The translations under genes and the position numbers were made by a program. From an uncultured Gammaproteobacteria bacterium (GTDB lineage Bacteria; Patescibacteriota; Patescibacteriia; Buchananbacterales; UBA6539): a DNA stretch of 64,000 bases. The notes below the pieces were generated by a model. It had not been told where the DNA came from and made no database searches. It saw only the letters and a program-made list of their open reading frames with translations. Shown piece after piece: positions 39,020-49,174 of the stretch; position 1 is the stretch's first letter, and each line of letters begins with the position of its first letter. Location: NCBI GenBank assembly GCA_964540635.1, contig CAZINP010000005.1:24890-88889 (forward strand). Reading direction: 5' to 3'.

Positions 39020-40066
39020 ATGGCCTTAACCACAAATACAAATTTATTTGGACTAGATTTAAGCGATAGCGCGATTCGCCTGGTTCAATTAAAAAAAAGA
39101 GGAAAAAAAATATCAATTATTTCCTATGCTGAAATTGACTTGCCCGAAGGCATCATAACCAACGGAGAAATTACCAACGAGGACAAATTGGCTGAATCAA
39201 TAAAAAAATTAATTAAAAACGCCAAAGGGAAAAAAATATATAACAAAGATTGCATCGCCGTTTTACCGGAAACGAAAACTTTTATTCAGGTTATTACAGT
39301 TGCCTTCAGCAAAGATCCGGATAAAATTCTGGAAAACATTAAAGAAGAAATAAAAAATCACATTCCATTGTCTTACGAAGAAATATACCTAGATTGGCAA
39401 ATTTTAAAACAGGTCAATGATCACGCCAGAGTCCTTATTGGCGCAGCGCCAAGGGAAATTGTTGACTCTTATTACGGTGCGATTGAGAAAGCGGGATTGA
39501 CACCAAATGTTTTAGAAATTGAAGCGGCGGCAATCATCAGATCGTTAATTGAGCCAAAAGACAACGGCGCAAAAATAATAATAGATTTTGGAGCGAACAG
39601 AACAAGTTTAATTGTTTTCGATGAAAGTGTACCCCAATTTACAGTGAGCCTGCCCATATCCGGCAAGAATATAACCAACACAATCGCCAAAACCTTGCAA
39701 ATTGACTTAAAGAAAGCGGAAAAGGCTAAAATTATCTGCGGTCTTGATCCCCAAAAGTGCGATGGCGCTTTGATTAAAATTTTAAACTCCACAACCACCG
39801 CCTTGGCAAAACAAGTCCAAAAAACTATGTTTTTCTACAAAAGCTTAAACCCAAATGGTGGCAATATATCTGAAATAATTCTTTGCGGGGGTGGCGCAAA
39901 TTTTGTTGGTTTAGATAAAATTCTAGCCGAAAAACTTAAAATTCCAGTTAGGGTTGGCAGACCAAGTCAATTTATTGCAACAAATAAAAAACTGATTTTA
40001 CCCCCGGATAAAATCCTATCATTTGCAACCGCCATTGGCCTTAATTTAAGAAGCTTTAACAAATAA
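39020..40066 (+). CDS. pilM: Type IV pilus assembly protein PilM (actin-like ATPase fold)
   Basis: 348 aa; FGLDLSDSAIRLV N-terminus, PilM family. Confidence 0.8.
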   Translation: MALTTNTNLFGLDLSDSAIRLVQLKKRGKKISIISYAEIDLPEGIITNGEITNEDKLAESIKKLIKNAKGKKIYNKDCIAVLPETKTFIQVITVAFSKDPDKILENIKEEIKNHIPLSYEEIYLDWQILKQVNDHARVLIGAAPREIVDSYYGAIEKAGLTPNVLEIEAAAIIRSLIEPKDNGAKIIIDFGANRTSLIVFDESVPQFTVSLPISGKNITNTIAKTLQIDLKKAEKAKIICGLDPQKCDGALIKILNSTTTALAKQVQKTMFFYKSLNPNGGNISEIILCGGGANFVGLDKILAEKLKIPVRVGRPSQFIATNKKLILPPDKILSFATAIGLNLRSFNK

Positions 40067-40067
40067 A

Positions 40068-40607
40068 ATGATTACCTTAAATTTAGTTCCACCGGAAAAG
40101 AAAAAAAACCTACGCTTGATAAATAGCTTACTGATAATCAAGAATAATTTATTCTTACTCTTTTTTGTTATTGTTATCGCCACAATCATTTTACTAATCG
40201 GTAAGGCGGCAATAGATGAATATTTTGCCGAGGTTGTCTCCCAGTCAACCCTCATAACCAAATACGCCAGAATCTTTAATTATGAAATAAAAGATTTTAA
40301 TCAAAAAGTAATTGCCGCCAACGAAATTCAAGAAAAAAGTATCCCCTGGATTTACTTTCTGTCCGATTTATCGGAACAAATACCGGCCGGCGTAACAATT
40401 GATTATCTTGAAATCAAAGACGGCAAAATTGTAATTAACGGCAATGCCAACACCAGAAACGACCTGCTGCAATTAAAAAATAATCTTGAAAATTTTTCAA
40501 TTTTAAGCAATATTAATATTCCGATTGAGAGCCTGCTTAAAAAAGAAAATATTGATTTCAATTTAAAAGCCGCCTACGACAGCGTAAAACTTAAAAACTA
40601 TGAATAA
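40068..40607 (+). CDS. pilN: PilN-like bitopic protein
   Basis: 179 aa; single TM then coiled coil; position after pilM. Confidence 0.6.
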   Translation: MITLNLVPPEKKKNLRLINSLLIIKNNLFLLFFVIVIATIILLIGKAAIDEYFAEVVSQSTLITKYARIFNYEIKDFNQKVIAANEIQEKSIPWIYFLSDLSEQIPAGVTIDYLEIKDGKIVINGNANTRNDLLQLKNNLENFSILSNINIPIESLLKKENIDFNLKAAYDSVKLKNYE

Positions 40608-41124
40608 TAAAAAAAAGACAACCATAGTAATATTTGGCATTTTAATTTCAATTTTTCTATTAATTGGCCTAATAAATATCCCAACTGTAAGCGATATTTT
40701 AAAACTAAAAAAGATGATTTATCTGGAGAGGGTCGATTTAGAAAAAAAATATCTACGCAGTCAAGTTTTAAAAAATATATTGAAAGACTTTGAAGAGCTA
40801 AAACCGCAAAGTGAAAAATTTGACAGCCTTTTTGTGCCGCTAGGAAAAGAGTTGGAATTTATTACCGCCATTGAAGAATTTGCAACAATACACAAAATTG
40901 AACAAGAAGTATCAATTGGAAAGACGGTTGATAAAAATGGCATTTATACAATTGCGCCACTAACGATTAAACTTAAAGGAAGTTTCAATGACACCTTAAA
41001 ATATATCAACGAACTCAATCAAATAACTTATTACTATAATATTTTATCCCTAGCAATGAACAGTGCGGATCAGAATATGGTTCAAACAACTCTTAATGGC
41101 GAAATATACGTTTTAAAAAAATAA
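40600..41124 (+). CDS. pilO: PilO-like bitopic protein
   Basis: 174 aa; single TM then coiled coil; position after pilN. Confidence 0.55.
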   Translation: MNNKKKTTIVIFGILISIFLLIGLINIPTVSDILKLKKMIYLERVDLEKKYLRSQVLKNILKDFEELKPQSEKFDSLFVPLGKELEFITAIEEFATIHKIEQEVSIGKTVDKNGIYTIAPLTIKLKGSFNDTLKYINELNQITYYYNILSLAMNSADQNMVQTTLNGEIYVLKK

Positions 41125-41125
41125 T

Positions 41126-41470
41126 ATGGATATAAAACTTCCAAAAATTAATTTCTCTAGATTCAATTATCTCAAATACATAAACTACCTCACCATCGTT
41201 TTGGTTTTGGGAATTTTTGGCTATTTGGGGTATTTCATGTATTTTAATTTATACGAAACTATTGCTGAAGCTCAACAAGTCGTATTACTAAAACAGGAAG
41301 TCGCTCCCGAATCACTTGATGTTGATAAAATAGAAAAGGTCTTGGCTCGTTTAGAAAAAAGAGCAACCAGCACCCAGGCAGTCAATGTTGCAAATATAAA
41401 AAATTTTTTTACCGCTACAAAAAAACAAGAGAGTCTTACAGTACCGACACAAGCAACCTCAACTAACTAA
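41126..41470 (+). CDS. Small bitopic membrane protein, last gene of the pilus operon (function unknown)
   Basis: 114 aa; one TM helix, Thr/Ser-rich tail. Confidence 0.35.
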   Translation: MDIKLPKINFSRFNYLKYINYLTIVLVLGIFGYLGYFMYFNLYETIAEAQQVVLLKQEVAPESLDVDKIEKVLARLEKRATSTQAVNVANIKNFFTATKKQESLTVPTQATSTN

Positions 41471-41473
41471 ATT

Positions 41474-41507
41474 AAAAAAACAGCCCCGGGCTCGGGGCTG
41501 TTTTTTT
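41474..41507. terminator. Bidirectional rho-independent terminator (pilus operon / iscS)
   Basis: A7-CAGCCCCG-ggct-CGGGGCTG-T7. Confidence 0.85.
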
Positions 41508-41509
41508 AA

Positions 41510-42673
41510 TTATTTTATTGGTGACATTTTTCTAAGCTTTTCAATAATACCGGGCAAGACCTCAATTAACTTATCAATTTCCTTTTCTGTATTATACTTG
41601 CCCAAAGTAATCCTTAGACTACCGTGAGCCAAAAGCACATCAATCCCTAACGCCAAAAGAACATGCGAGGGCGACAATGAGCCGGAAGAGCAAGCCGAAC
41701 CGGTGGAAACCGCAATACCTTCTTGGTCTAAAAGTAAAAGCATACTTTCACCTTCCACGCCATAAAAACTAAAGTGGGCATTTGAAGGCACACGACTATC
41801 AATACTGCCATTAAGCTGTGACTTGGGGATTTTCTTTAAAATTTGGGAAACCAGTTTGTCGCGTAAAATCTTTATCTTTTCGTTATTTTTTTTATCCTGA
41901 GCAATCAATTCAATGGCCTTTGATATACCAACTATTCCTGGAACATTAAGGGTGCCGGGACGAACGCCACTTTCTTGATGGCCACCAAAAATTATCGGCT
42001 TTAGTGGTGTGCCAATTCTTTTGTATAAAATACCAATGCCTTTTGGACCATAAATTTTATGCCCCGAAATTGAAACAAGATCAACACCTAAATTATCAAC
42101 CTTCATTTCACAATAATTTACTGCCTGGACAGCATCTGTGTGAAAATAAATCCGCTCTTTACGACTCTTGTTAAAATCGCTTAACCATTCACCTATTTGA
42201 ACAATCGGCTGAATTGAGCCAATCTCATTATTCACATACATTATTGATATTAACTTCGTATTTTCTTTTATAGCTTCCTTAACAAACTCAAGTGTAACCA
42301 AACCATCATTATTTACAGGCAAATAGGTTACCTGAATGCCGCGATTTTCTGCTTCTTTTGCCGCTTCCAAAATTGCCGGATGTTCAATTTGAGTCGTAAT
42401 TATATGATCACCTTTTTGGGGCAAACCAAAAATTACCAAATTATCACTTTCTGTTGCGCCTGATGTAAAAAAAACCTCTTTTGTTTTACACCCTAAAAAA
42501 TCAGCAACTTTTTCTCTGGCCTCATCCACTGCCGCGATTGCCGCTTGACCATAGCCGTGGATTGAGGAAGCATTACCAAAATTATCCGAAAAAAATGGTT
42601 CCATCGCTTTTAGAACATTTTTATCTACAGGCGTGGTGGCAGAGTTATCAAAATAAATTTTGGTTTTAAACAT
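41510..42673 (-). CDS. iscS: Cysteine desulfurase (IscS/NifS family)
   Basis: 387 aa; PLP Lys in SGHKIYGPKG, C-terminal SGSACSSGS active-site Cys loop. Confidence 0.9.
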   Translation of the reverse strand: MFKTKIYFDNSATTPVDKNVLKAMEPFFSDNFGNASSIHGYGQAAIAAVDEAREKVADFLGCKTKEVFFTSGATESDNLVIFGLPQKGDHIITTQIEHPAILEAAKEAENRGIQVTYLPVNNDGLVTLEFVKEAIKENTKLISIMYVNNEIGSIQPIVQIGEWLSDFNKSRKERIYFHTDAVQAVNYCEMKVDNLGVDLVSISGHKIYGPKGIGILYKRIGTPLKPIIFGGHQESGVRPGTLNVPGIVGISKAIELIAQDKKNNEKIKILRDKLVSQILKKIPKSQLNGSIDSRVPSNAHFSFYGVEGESMLLLLDQEGIAVSTGSACSSGSLSPSHVLLALGIDVLLAHGSLRITLGKYNTEKEIDKLIEVLPGIIEKLRKMSPIK

Positions 42674-42690
42674 AATTTTTTCTTTAAAAA

Positions 42691-42918
42691 TTATACCGCT
42701 TCAATATCTTTGAAACCTTCAACCTTCGCTTTTAAAACTCGGCCGATTCCTTCTTTAAGGGTAAGCGAAGACATCGGGCAATGAGAGCACGCTCCTTGAA
42801 GTTTAACTTTAACGATACCGCTTTTTTCGTCAACATCAACCAAATCAACATCACCGCCATCAGCTTGCAGGCTTGGCCTGATTTGATCTAAAATTTTTTT
42901 TACTTCTTCTTTTTTCAT
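42691..42918 (-). CDS. NifU C-terminal domain protein (Nfu-type Fe-S carrier)
   Basis: 75 aa; LQGACSHCPMS CxxC motif. Confidence 0.8.
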   Translation of the reverse strand: MKKEEVKKILDQIRPSLQADGGDVDLVDVDEKSGIVKVKLQGACSHCPMSSLTLKEGIGRVLKAKVEGFKDIEAV

Positions 42919-42934
42919 AAATTAAATTTAATTA

Positions 42935-43387
42935 TTATTCATGAAAACATTCAACAATTTTCGTATTTTTAATTTCCGGATAATTATCGATTACCCCCTG
43001 GTTTTCTAAAAAATTTTTTATCGCCACTTTCAACCCGTCGGAAGCCAAAACCGAGCAATGAATCTTTACCGGCGGCAATTCACCAAGCTGACTGACTATG
43101 TCCTTTTTCTCCAAATTAAAAGCTTCAGAAAGGGTCTTGCCCTTAACCATTTCGGTTGATGCCGAAGAACAAGCAATGGCAGCCGCGCAACCAAGTGTTT
43201 CAAATTTTATGTCTTCAATAATATCATTTAAACGATTATCACCATCACTCTTCTTTATTTTAAGATATATTTTCATGACGTCACCGCACAACGGATTTCC
43301 AACTTCCCCAATTGCATCAGCACCAAGTATCTGGCCCTGATTTCTTGGGTTGGAAAAATGATCCATTACTTCTTTTGAATATGCCAT
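42935..43387 (-). CDS. iscU: Fe-S cluster scaffold IscU/NifU N-terminal-type
   Basis: 150 aa; three conserved Cys (PLCGD, GCAAAIA, HCSVLA). Confidence 0.85.
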   Translation of the reverse strand: MAYSKEVMDHFSNPRNQGQILGADAIGEVGNPLCGDVMKIYLKIKKSDGDNRLNDIIEDIKFETLGCAAAIACSSASTEMVKGKTLSEAFNLEKKDIVSQLGELPPVKIHCSVLASDGLKVAIKNFLENQGVIDNYPEIKNTKIVECFHE

Positions 43388-43393
43388 ACAAAT

Positions 43394-43804
43394 TTAAATT
43401 AAATCAATTAGATTCATTGATTTTAAGCTATCAAGAATTGCTGCCTGAACTTTTTGATAAACCTGACCGGACGGACAGTCTTTTTTATTACAAATTAAGC
43501 CTCCTCCGTCGTTTAAGCAGTGAAAGACTGATACTGACCCCTCAAGCGCCTCTATAACGTTCAAAATTGAGATTTTTGAGGGCTCTTCGGCTAAAATATA
43601 CCCACCAGCCACACCCTTGGAACTAAGCAAAATACCGGCCTTTTTTAGTCTGGAAAAAATCCTCTCCAAATAAGGCTGGGAAATATTTTCCTCGGCCGCC
43701 AGCTTAGTAAGGGAATAAGGCTCTTGGCCATAGCGCCTGGCCAAATTGGCCAAAGCCCTTAAGCCGTAAGAAGATCTGGTTGAAAATTTCATAATACCTA
43801 CCAA
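43394..43804 (-). CDS. iscR: Rrf2-family transcriptional regulator (IscR-like)
   Basis: 136 aa; Rrf2 wHTH N-terminus, three C-terminal Cys (C..x..C..x..C) for Fe-S ligation. Confidence 0.8.
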   Translation of the reverse strand: MVGIMKFSTRSSYGLRALANLARRYGQEPYSLTKLAAEENISQPYLERIFSRLKKAGILLSSKGVAGGYILAEEPSKISILNVIEALEGSVSVFHCLNDGGGLICNKKDCPSGQVYQKVQAAILDSLKSMNLIDLI

Positions 43805-43822
43805 ATTAGTTGGTTATTATAA

Positions 43823-43850
43823 ATAATAACACATCTAGCCGATGTGTCAA
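43823..43850 (-). promoter_or_regulatory. isc operon promoter with embedded 7-bp inverted repeat (candidate IscR operator)
   Basis: Minus strand TTGACA-16 nt-TATTAT; spacer holds ACACATC-ggcta-GATGTGT perfect IR at 43829..43847. Confidence 0.5.
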
Positions 43851-43869
43851 GTTTTATTATGACTTTATT

Positions 43870-44742
43870 TTATCTTCCAACAACAATAATAACCTTTTGG
43901 GTTGAAGTAATTTCTTCGTCAGTCATGCCATCAACAGACAGTTTATGACTCCAATCGTGTATGGCATTTAATAAAACATCATACTTATACCTATAACCAT
44001 CCCCTTTTCTGGTGCCTGGTTCATTTGTAATAAACTCCCCTTTAGTGTCATCAAACCCTCTTATTACCAGCATGTGATAAATTGGTCCCTGCCCGGTAAA
44101 ATTTGGATTTCCAAGTAGCCTGCCCGCAACCGGAACAATCACTAATTTGCCGCCCAAAAGGTATTCTTTTATTTTTTCAATACTGACGTCAAAAGAAGTT
44201 TCGGCGTTTAATTTAAAATAATTATCTAAAATATAAACCGACTCCGAAGCGGTTAAATCAACCAAATACCCATTTTCTTCTTCCCAACTTATTAAATTTA
44301 ATATTCCCTGCTCCATAATATGCGGCGAAAGAGTTTCTTTCTTAAAATATTTATCAACCATAATCATACTGGCTTCCTCGCAAGCTTCTTCGTGTAGGTC
44401 ATCCCAATTGGCAAACGGCGCCTGGCTAGCAAATAGTACTGGTAAATCAAAAAAAGTTGGCATCTCATCTTTAGCGGTGGTTGTTGGGCTTTCGTTAGAA
44501 ATTATAACCTCCTCTTTCGATTCTTTAATCTTTGTGTCTACGGCCGCTCTTTCCTCTTCCGCTATCCTTTGTTTTAAAACTTCCTGATCAACCGCCTTAG
44601 GTACACTGCTTGTAGTGCTAGCCTGATTAATTTGATCGGCCGAAGGCGAAATATCATCAGTATTTAATATTAAATCTTTGGCGTTTTGGCAGCCAAAAAG
44701 CAGTAAAAATGGCAAAATTAAGTGAAAAAATTTTATTTTCAT
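43870..44742 (-). CDS. Lipoprotein with C39-like (peptidase_C39_2) C-terminal domain
   Basis: 290 aa; lipobox LLLFGC; C-terminal region resembles C39-like papain-fold domain. Confidence 0.45.
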   Translation of the reverse strand: MKIKFFHLILPFLLLFGCQNAKDLILNTDDISPSADQINQASTTSSVPKAVDQEVLKQRIAEEERAAVDTKIKESKEEVIISNESPTTTAKDEMPTFFDLPVLFASQAPFANWDDLHEEACEEASMIMVDKYFKKETLSPHIMEQGILNLISWEEENGYLVDLTASESVYILDNYFKLNAETSFDVSIEKIKEYLLGGKLVIVPVAGRLLGNPNFTGQGPIYHMLVIRGFDDTKGEFITNEPGTRKGDGYRYKYDVLLNAIHDWSHKLSVDGMTDEEITSTQKVIIVVGR

Positions 44743-44792
44743 ATAACTAATTATAATATTTTGTTAAATAATAAGCAATAATTGGGTAAATA

Positions 44793-44821
44793 TTGACAAT
44801 AACCAGCTAATAGTTTATACT
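44793..44821 (+). promoter_or_regulatory. Near-consensus sigma70 promoter for rpmA, followed by a 5'UTR hairpin
   Basis: TTGACA-17 nt-TATACT; 7-bp stem TTCCGCA-gata-TGCGGAA at 44834..44851, 21 nt before the ATG. Confidence 0.55.
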
Positions 44822-44872
44822 ATATTTATCTAAATTTCCGCAGATATGCGGAACTATTAATTAATCAGTCTT

Positions 44873-45157
44873 ATGGCTCATAAGAAAGCGGGCGGCAGTA
44901 CTAGTTTAGGCCGCGATTCGCAATCCAAACGGCTTGGTACCAAACTGTATGCCGGTGAATTCGCGAAAGTCGGCAGCATCATTGTCCGCCAACGTGGTTC
45001 AAAAATCAGACCTGGCATTAATGTCAAAAAAGGTAAAGATGATACTCTTTTTGCTTTGGCCGCCGGTTTGGTTAAGTTTACCAGAAAAAAGATCAAAAAA
45101 TTCAACGGCGAGTTGGAATGGGCGAAATACGCCAACGTAGTTCCGGCTAAAAAATAA
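44873..45157 (+). CDS. rpmA: 50S ribosomal protein L27
   Basis: 94 aa; [11 protein letters not shown]-terminus. Confidence 0.95.
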   Translation: MAHKKAGGSTSLGRDSQSKRLGTKLYAGEFAKVGSIIVRQRGSKIRPGINVKKGKDDTLFALAAGLVKFTRKKIKKFNGELEWAKYANVVPAKK

Positions 45158-45212
45158 AAAATCAGGCATTTGATTAAAAACCAATACCTGGTTTTTTATT
45201 TTAATCAATTTT

Positions 45213-45246
45213 AAAGAACCTGCCGTTTGGCAGGTTCTTTAAAATT
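45213..45246. terminator. Bidirectional terminator with 12-bp stem (rpmA / pyrG), preceded by a second imperfect hairpin at about 45169..45208
   Basis: AAAGAACCTGCC-gttt-GGCAGGTTCTTT then AAAATT. Confidence 0.75.
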
Positions 45247-45260
45247 GATTTTTCAATTAT

Positions 45261-46886
45261 TTATTTTTTGTTCTTAACGGCCGCGGCCACAAGTCCAACA
45301 AAAAGCGGATGCGGATGCAATGGCCTTGATTTTAATTCCGGATGAAACTGCGTACCGACAAAAAACGAATGTTTTGGAACCTCAATAATCTCGACCAACT
45401 TCTTGTCTGGCGAAAGGCCGGCCAACAACAAACCTTTTTTAATCAGCTTTGATCGGAAATCATTATTAAATTCATAGCGATGACGATGTCTTTCGCTTAT
45501 GCGACCATTTCCATAAAGCTTAAAGCTGTTAGAATTCTTGTCCAAGATACAAGGGTAAGCGCCTAGTCTCATAGTGTTTCCATACTGATTGTGTGCCAAC
45601 TTTTCAGCCTGGTCGGGCATAATATGTATTACCGGAAATTTTGTCTTCGGATCAATTTCGGTAGTGTTGGCGCCTGTCATGCCGCAAACGTTTCTGGCAA
45701 ATTCAATGGTGGCAAGCTGCATTCCATAGCATAACCCTAAAAATGGAATATTATTTTCACGAGCAAATTTAATGGCCTTGATTTTCCCTTCAATACCTCT
45801 TTTGCCAAAACCGCCAGGCACAACAATGCCGTCGTAGCCTTTTAGCTCTTTAACTAAATTCGGCTGAGATTCGTAGGCATCGGAATTAATCCAATCAATC
45901 TTAACCTTAACCTTATTTGCCCAAGCAGCGTGCTTTAATGATTCAATAACCGAAATGTAAGCATCGGGCAAAATAAAATCTCCGGTCGCAAAATATTTAC
46001 CAACAATACCAATCTTAATCTCTTTTGTAACCGTCTTAATGCTTCTGACCATGTTCTGCCACTCTTTCAGATCACATTTTTTTGATTTTAAATTAAGTTT
46101 CTTTAAAATCCTATCTCCAAATTTTTCTTTTTCTAAAATCAACGGTACCTCATAAATCGAAGAGGCGTCAGGAGCAGATATAATGTCTTCCTTGGAAACA
46201 TTGCAAAAAGTGGCAATCTTTTTTTTGCGCGGCTCGTCAACAACCTGGCTGGCGCGACAAACAATAAAATCCGGCTGTATACCGGTAGCATTGACCTGGG
46301 AAACGGCATACTGGGTCGGCTTGGTTTTCATTTCGCCTAAAGTTGAAGGAATTGGCAAGTAGCTTACCAAAATAAATAACACATCTTCCGGATTATTATA
46401 ATGCATCATTCTGCCAGCCTCCAAATATAAAATATTCTGATACTCACCAACGGTTCCGCCAATTTCAACAATGGTAATGTCAGCCTTACTTTTTTTGGCC
46501 GCATTTTTTATTCGTCTGATAACTTCCTCTGGAATATGAGGAACCGCTTCAACACATTTGCCGCCATATTCCAGGTTTCTCTCTCGATTAATAACTGACT
46601 GGTAAACTCTGCCGGAAGTCATATAATTATCACGGCCAATGTCAATATTTAAGAATCTTTCATAATTACCAATATCTTGATCGGTTTCATCGCCATCGTC
46701 AGTCACAAAAACCTCACCATGTTCAACCGGGTTCATGGTGCCGGCATCAACGTTAATGTAAGGATCAATCTTCATGGCCGTAACCTTGTATCCCCTGGCC
46801 TGCAAGATCTTTCCGATTGAGGCAGAAGTAACGCCCTTGCCAACGCCGGACATCACCCCACCCATCACAAAAATAAATTTTGACAT
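45261..46886 (-). CDS. pyrG: CTP synthase
   Basis: 541 aa; N-terminal synthetase P-loop GGVMSGVGKG, C-terminal GATase (GLCYGMQ, HPE). Confidence 0.95.
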   Translation of the reverse strand: MSKFIFVMGGVMSGVGKGVTSASIGKILQARGYKVTAMKIDPYINVDAGTMNPVEHGEVFVTDDGDETDQDIGNYERFLNIDIGRDNYMTSGRVYQSVINRERNLEYGGKCVEAVPHIPEEVIRRIKNAAKKSKADITIVEIGGTVGEYQNILYLEAGRMMHYNNPEDVLFILVSYLPIPSTLGEMKTKPTQYAVSQVNATGIQPDFIVCRASQVVDEPRKKKIATFCNVSKEDIISAPDASSIYEVPLILEKEKFGDRILKKLNLKSKKCDLKEWQNMVRSIKTVTKEIKIGIVGKYFATGDFILPDAYISVIESLKHAAWANKVKVKIDWINSDAYESQPNLVKELKGYDGIVVPGGFGKRGIEGKIKAIKFARENNIPFLGLCYGMQLATIEFARNVCGMTGANTTEIDPKTKFPVIHIMPDQAEKLAHNQYGNTMRLGAYPCILDKNSNSFKLYGNGRISERHRHRYEFNNDFRSKLIKKGLLLAGLSPDKKLVEIIEVPKHSFFVGTQFHPELKSRPLHPHPLFVGLVAAAVKNKK

Positions 46887-46998
46887 AATTGCTATTTTTA
46901 TTAATATTTAACAAAATTAATTAACATCCCAATAAAGCGACAGACCCACCGGTGCTCGGTGGGCCTTGGGTCAAGAGTATTTGATTTTCTTGGTATGA

Positions 46999-47451
46999 TT
47001 ATTCACTTTTTCCTTCTCGAGTAATTATTAAAACAATATTGGCTTCTAAGCCGTGGTCAAGATCAACTTTAACCTCAAATTCGCCCAATTCTTTAATATG
47101 ACTAGCTTTAATATTTTCTTTTTTAACCTCAAAGCCTTTGGATTTTAGAACGGCCGCAATTTTAGCAGCCGACAAAGAAGCGTAAAGAGTGCCTTCTTCT
47201 GAAGCTCGGGCCGGAATTTCAAATGATTGGCCTTCCAATTTTGCCGCCAGGGCTTGATATTTCTCCAATTCAGCCTTGGCGTTTTCAGCTTTTTTAGCCA
47301 TTTTTTCCTCGGCTAACTTAATTTTTTCGGCCGTGGCTTCATCAGCTAATTTCTGAGGAAATAAATAATTTCTGGCATAACCAATAGCTACTTCCTTAAT
47401 ATCACCCTCATTGCCTAAACCCTTGATATTTTTCAATAAAATGACTTTCAT
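46999..47451 (-). CDS. rplI: 50S ribosomal protein L9
   Basis: 150 aa; [22 protein letters not shown]-domain. Confidence 0.9.
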   Translation of the reverse strand: MKVILLKNIKGLGNEGDIKEVAIGYARNYLFPQKLADEATAEKIKLAEEKMAKKAENAKAELEKYQALAAKLEGQSFEIPARASEEGTLYASLSAAKIAAVLKSKGFEVKKENIKASHIKELGEFEVKVDLDHGLEANIVLIITREGKSE

Positions 47452-47457
47452 AGGAAT

Positions 47458-47733
47458 CTAATATTTAATCGTAAAATCAGAAAACTCGCCGGTCGGCTTT
47501 GACCAGCTTTGGTCAATTTTCTGTACCCTCGCAAAACTTATACCATTATAGCAGAAGTCGATAAAATCTTTCAAGTCCCCCTCATCCCCTTCGGCTAAAA
47601 CAAAAACCTTACTATTTGGGTCATTCTTAACCCAGCCGGTCAGATTTAATCTTTTTGCCTTGCTTAAAGCTGAATAGCGAAAACCAACCCCCTGGACAAC
47701 CCCCGATATACCCAGCTCAACTCTTTTTAACAT
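47458..47733 (-). CDS. acyP: Acylphosphatase
   Basis: 91 aa; VQGVGFR and GWVKN motifs. Confidence 0.85.
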   Translation of the reverse strand: MLKRVELGISGVVQGVGFRYSALSKAKRLNLTGWVKNDPNSKVFVLAEGDEGDLKDFIDFCYNGISFARVQKIDQSWSKPTGEFSDFTIKY

Positions 47734-49174
47734 ATAACTTATTTACAAAACCATTAACTGCATCAACCTCAATAATTTCACCATCAGAAATAATTTTTGT
47801 TGCATTTTTTGTACCAATAATACATGGGATTTTTAATTCACGGGCGACAATTGCCGCATGACAAGTTAATCCGCCTTCGTCCGTTACGATTGCTTTGGCT
47901 TTTTTCATTATTGGCAACATTTCCGGTCTGGTCATACCGGTTACCAATATGTCGCCATTTTTCATTTTAGAAAAACCGCTAACCCCAAAAATAATCCTGG
48001 CACGGCCTATAGCTTTACCACTACTGGCCACCATTCCAAATATTTTATTTTGTTTTTTATGAGTAAATATGAATTCCTTAGGTATTTTTTTAATATTATT
48101 TTTTCCTTTTAAAATCCTAGGCTTTTTGTTTTTAAAATTAAAATCAAAATAAATAAATTCTTTGCGTTTTTTGATTTCTAATGGAGTAATTTTTTTATTT
48201 TTAATAAGCTTTATAATTTCAGCCGCGGTAAAAAATTGTAAATCATTTAAAGAATAACCAAAACGTTTTCCTAACTCCTGACGAATATCATCAGAATAAT
48301 AAATTGTCTTTACGAATAATTCTTTTCTTATATCGTGCCACGGACCGACATCGTCAATTAAACGAATTATATTTACTGCCGATTTACTTAAATTATGATC
48401 TTTTATTATCTTCTCCTTCCTGGATTCAATTGCCTTAGAATAATTGTATAAGTGTTTAAATTCTTTTTTTAAATTATTTATATTAGAACCATATTGCCCA
48501 ATCCTTAGTTTAAAAAAATTTTTATTAATCACTTTTTTGCCGTCGTGGCCGGTCATTAACCATTCATATTTTTTACAATGTTTGTATAAATCAACTTTAA
48601 TATCTTTACCGGATATTTTTTTGATCGCAATTTTAATCAAATCTCTTGATTCAAGATTTAGATAACTTGGCTTAGAGATCGCGGCTAAATCAGCCAAATC
48701 ATTTTTAGACAGCTGCCAGGATTTAAAAGTTTTTTGAAAAATTTGAGGAAAAACGAAATCAAACGGTTCGGCAAAAAAACCAATAGAAAAATTTTCTTTA
48801 TAATTTTCAGTAAAAATTTCTAAATACTCAAAAAGTCGATCAACCGTCAAAGAACTAACATCGCTTGATTGATAATCTTTAATTGTCAAATCGATTTTTT
48901 CTTTCAGTGCTTGATATTGCTTTTCAATATTAAGACGAAATTTTTTGTTTTTGAATTTTTTAAAACATAAATAGCCAATTTTTTCCAATTCAGAAGCCAA
49001 TGTACACCACTTAAACGGTTCGTTGGCGCGAAAAATTACAACATTACGATTAAAACCGAAACCATAAACTTTTCGCATGCCATAGGTCATGGCAATAGCC
49101 GCCTCAGAACAAATCCAATAAATGGATTCAGCTTCATCAATATCCCATTTTTGCTTTTTAACTTCCATTGTCAT
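47717..49174 (-). CDS. PEP-utilizing-enzyme mobile (phospho-His swivel) domain protein, paralog A (rifampin-phosphotransferase-like, lacking ATP-grasp)
   Basis: Start set at MTMEV (ATG overlaps TGA of upstream ATP-grasp ORF: ATGA); C-terminus [21 protein letters not shown] = PEP-utilizers His motif; about 400-aa N-terminal region of unknown function. Confidence 0.7.
   Translation of the reverse strand: MTMEVKKQKWDIDEAESIYWICSEAAIAMTYGMRKVYGFGFNRNVVIFRANEPFKWCTLASELEKIGYLCFKKFKNKKFRLNIEKQYQALKEKIDLTIKDYQSSDVSSLTVDRLFEYLEIFTENYKENFSIGFFAEPFDFVFPQIFQKTFKSWQLSKNDLADLAAISKPSYLNLESRDLIKIAIKKISGKDIKVDLYKHCKKYEWLMTGHDGKKVINKNFFKLRIGQYGSNINNLKKEFKHLYNYSKAIESRKEKIIKDHNLSKSAVNIIRLIDDVGPWHDIRKELFVKTIYYSDDIRQELGKRFGYSLNDLQFFTAAEIIKLIKNKKITPLEIKKRKEFIYFDFNFKNKKPRILKGKNNIKKIPKEFIFTHKKQNKIFGMVASSGKAIGRARIIFGVSGFSKMKNGDILVTGMTRPEMLPIMKKAKAIVTDEGGLTCHAAIVARELKIPCIIGTKNATKIISDGEIIEVDAVNGFVNKLYVKKS

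Noticed and set aside
46940-46970. GC-rich hairpin CCCACCG-gtgct-CGGTGGG between rplI and pyrG
   Set aside because: Possibly an rplI terminator, but the following T-run on the relevant strand is poor (CGCTTTATTGGG). Not confident enough to call as a terminator or sRNA.
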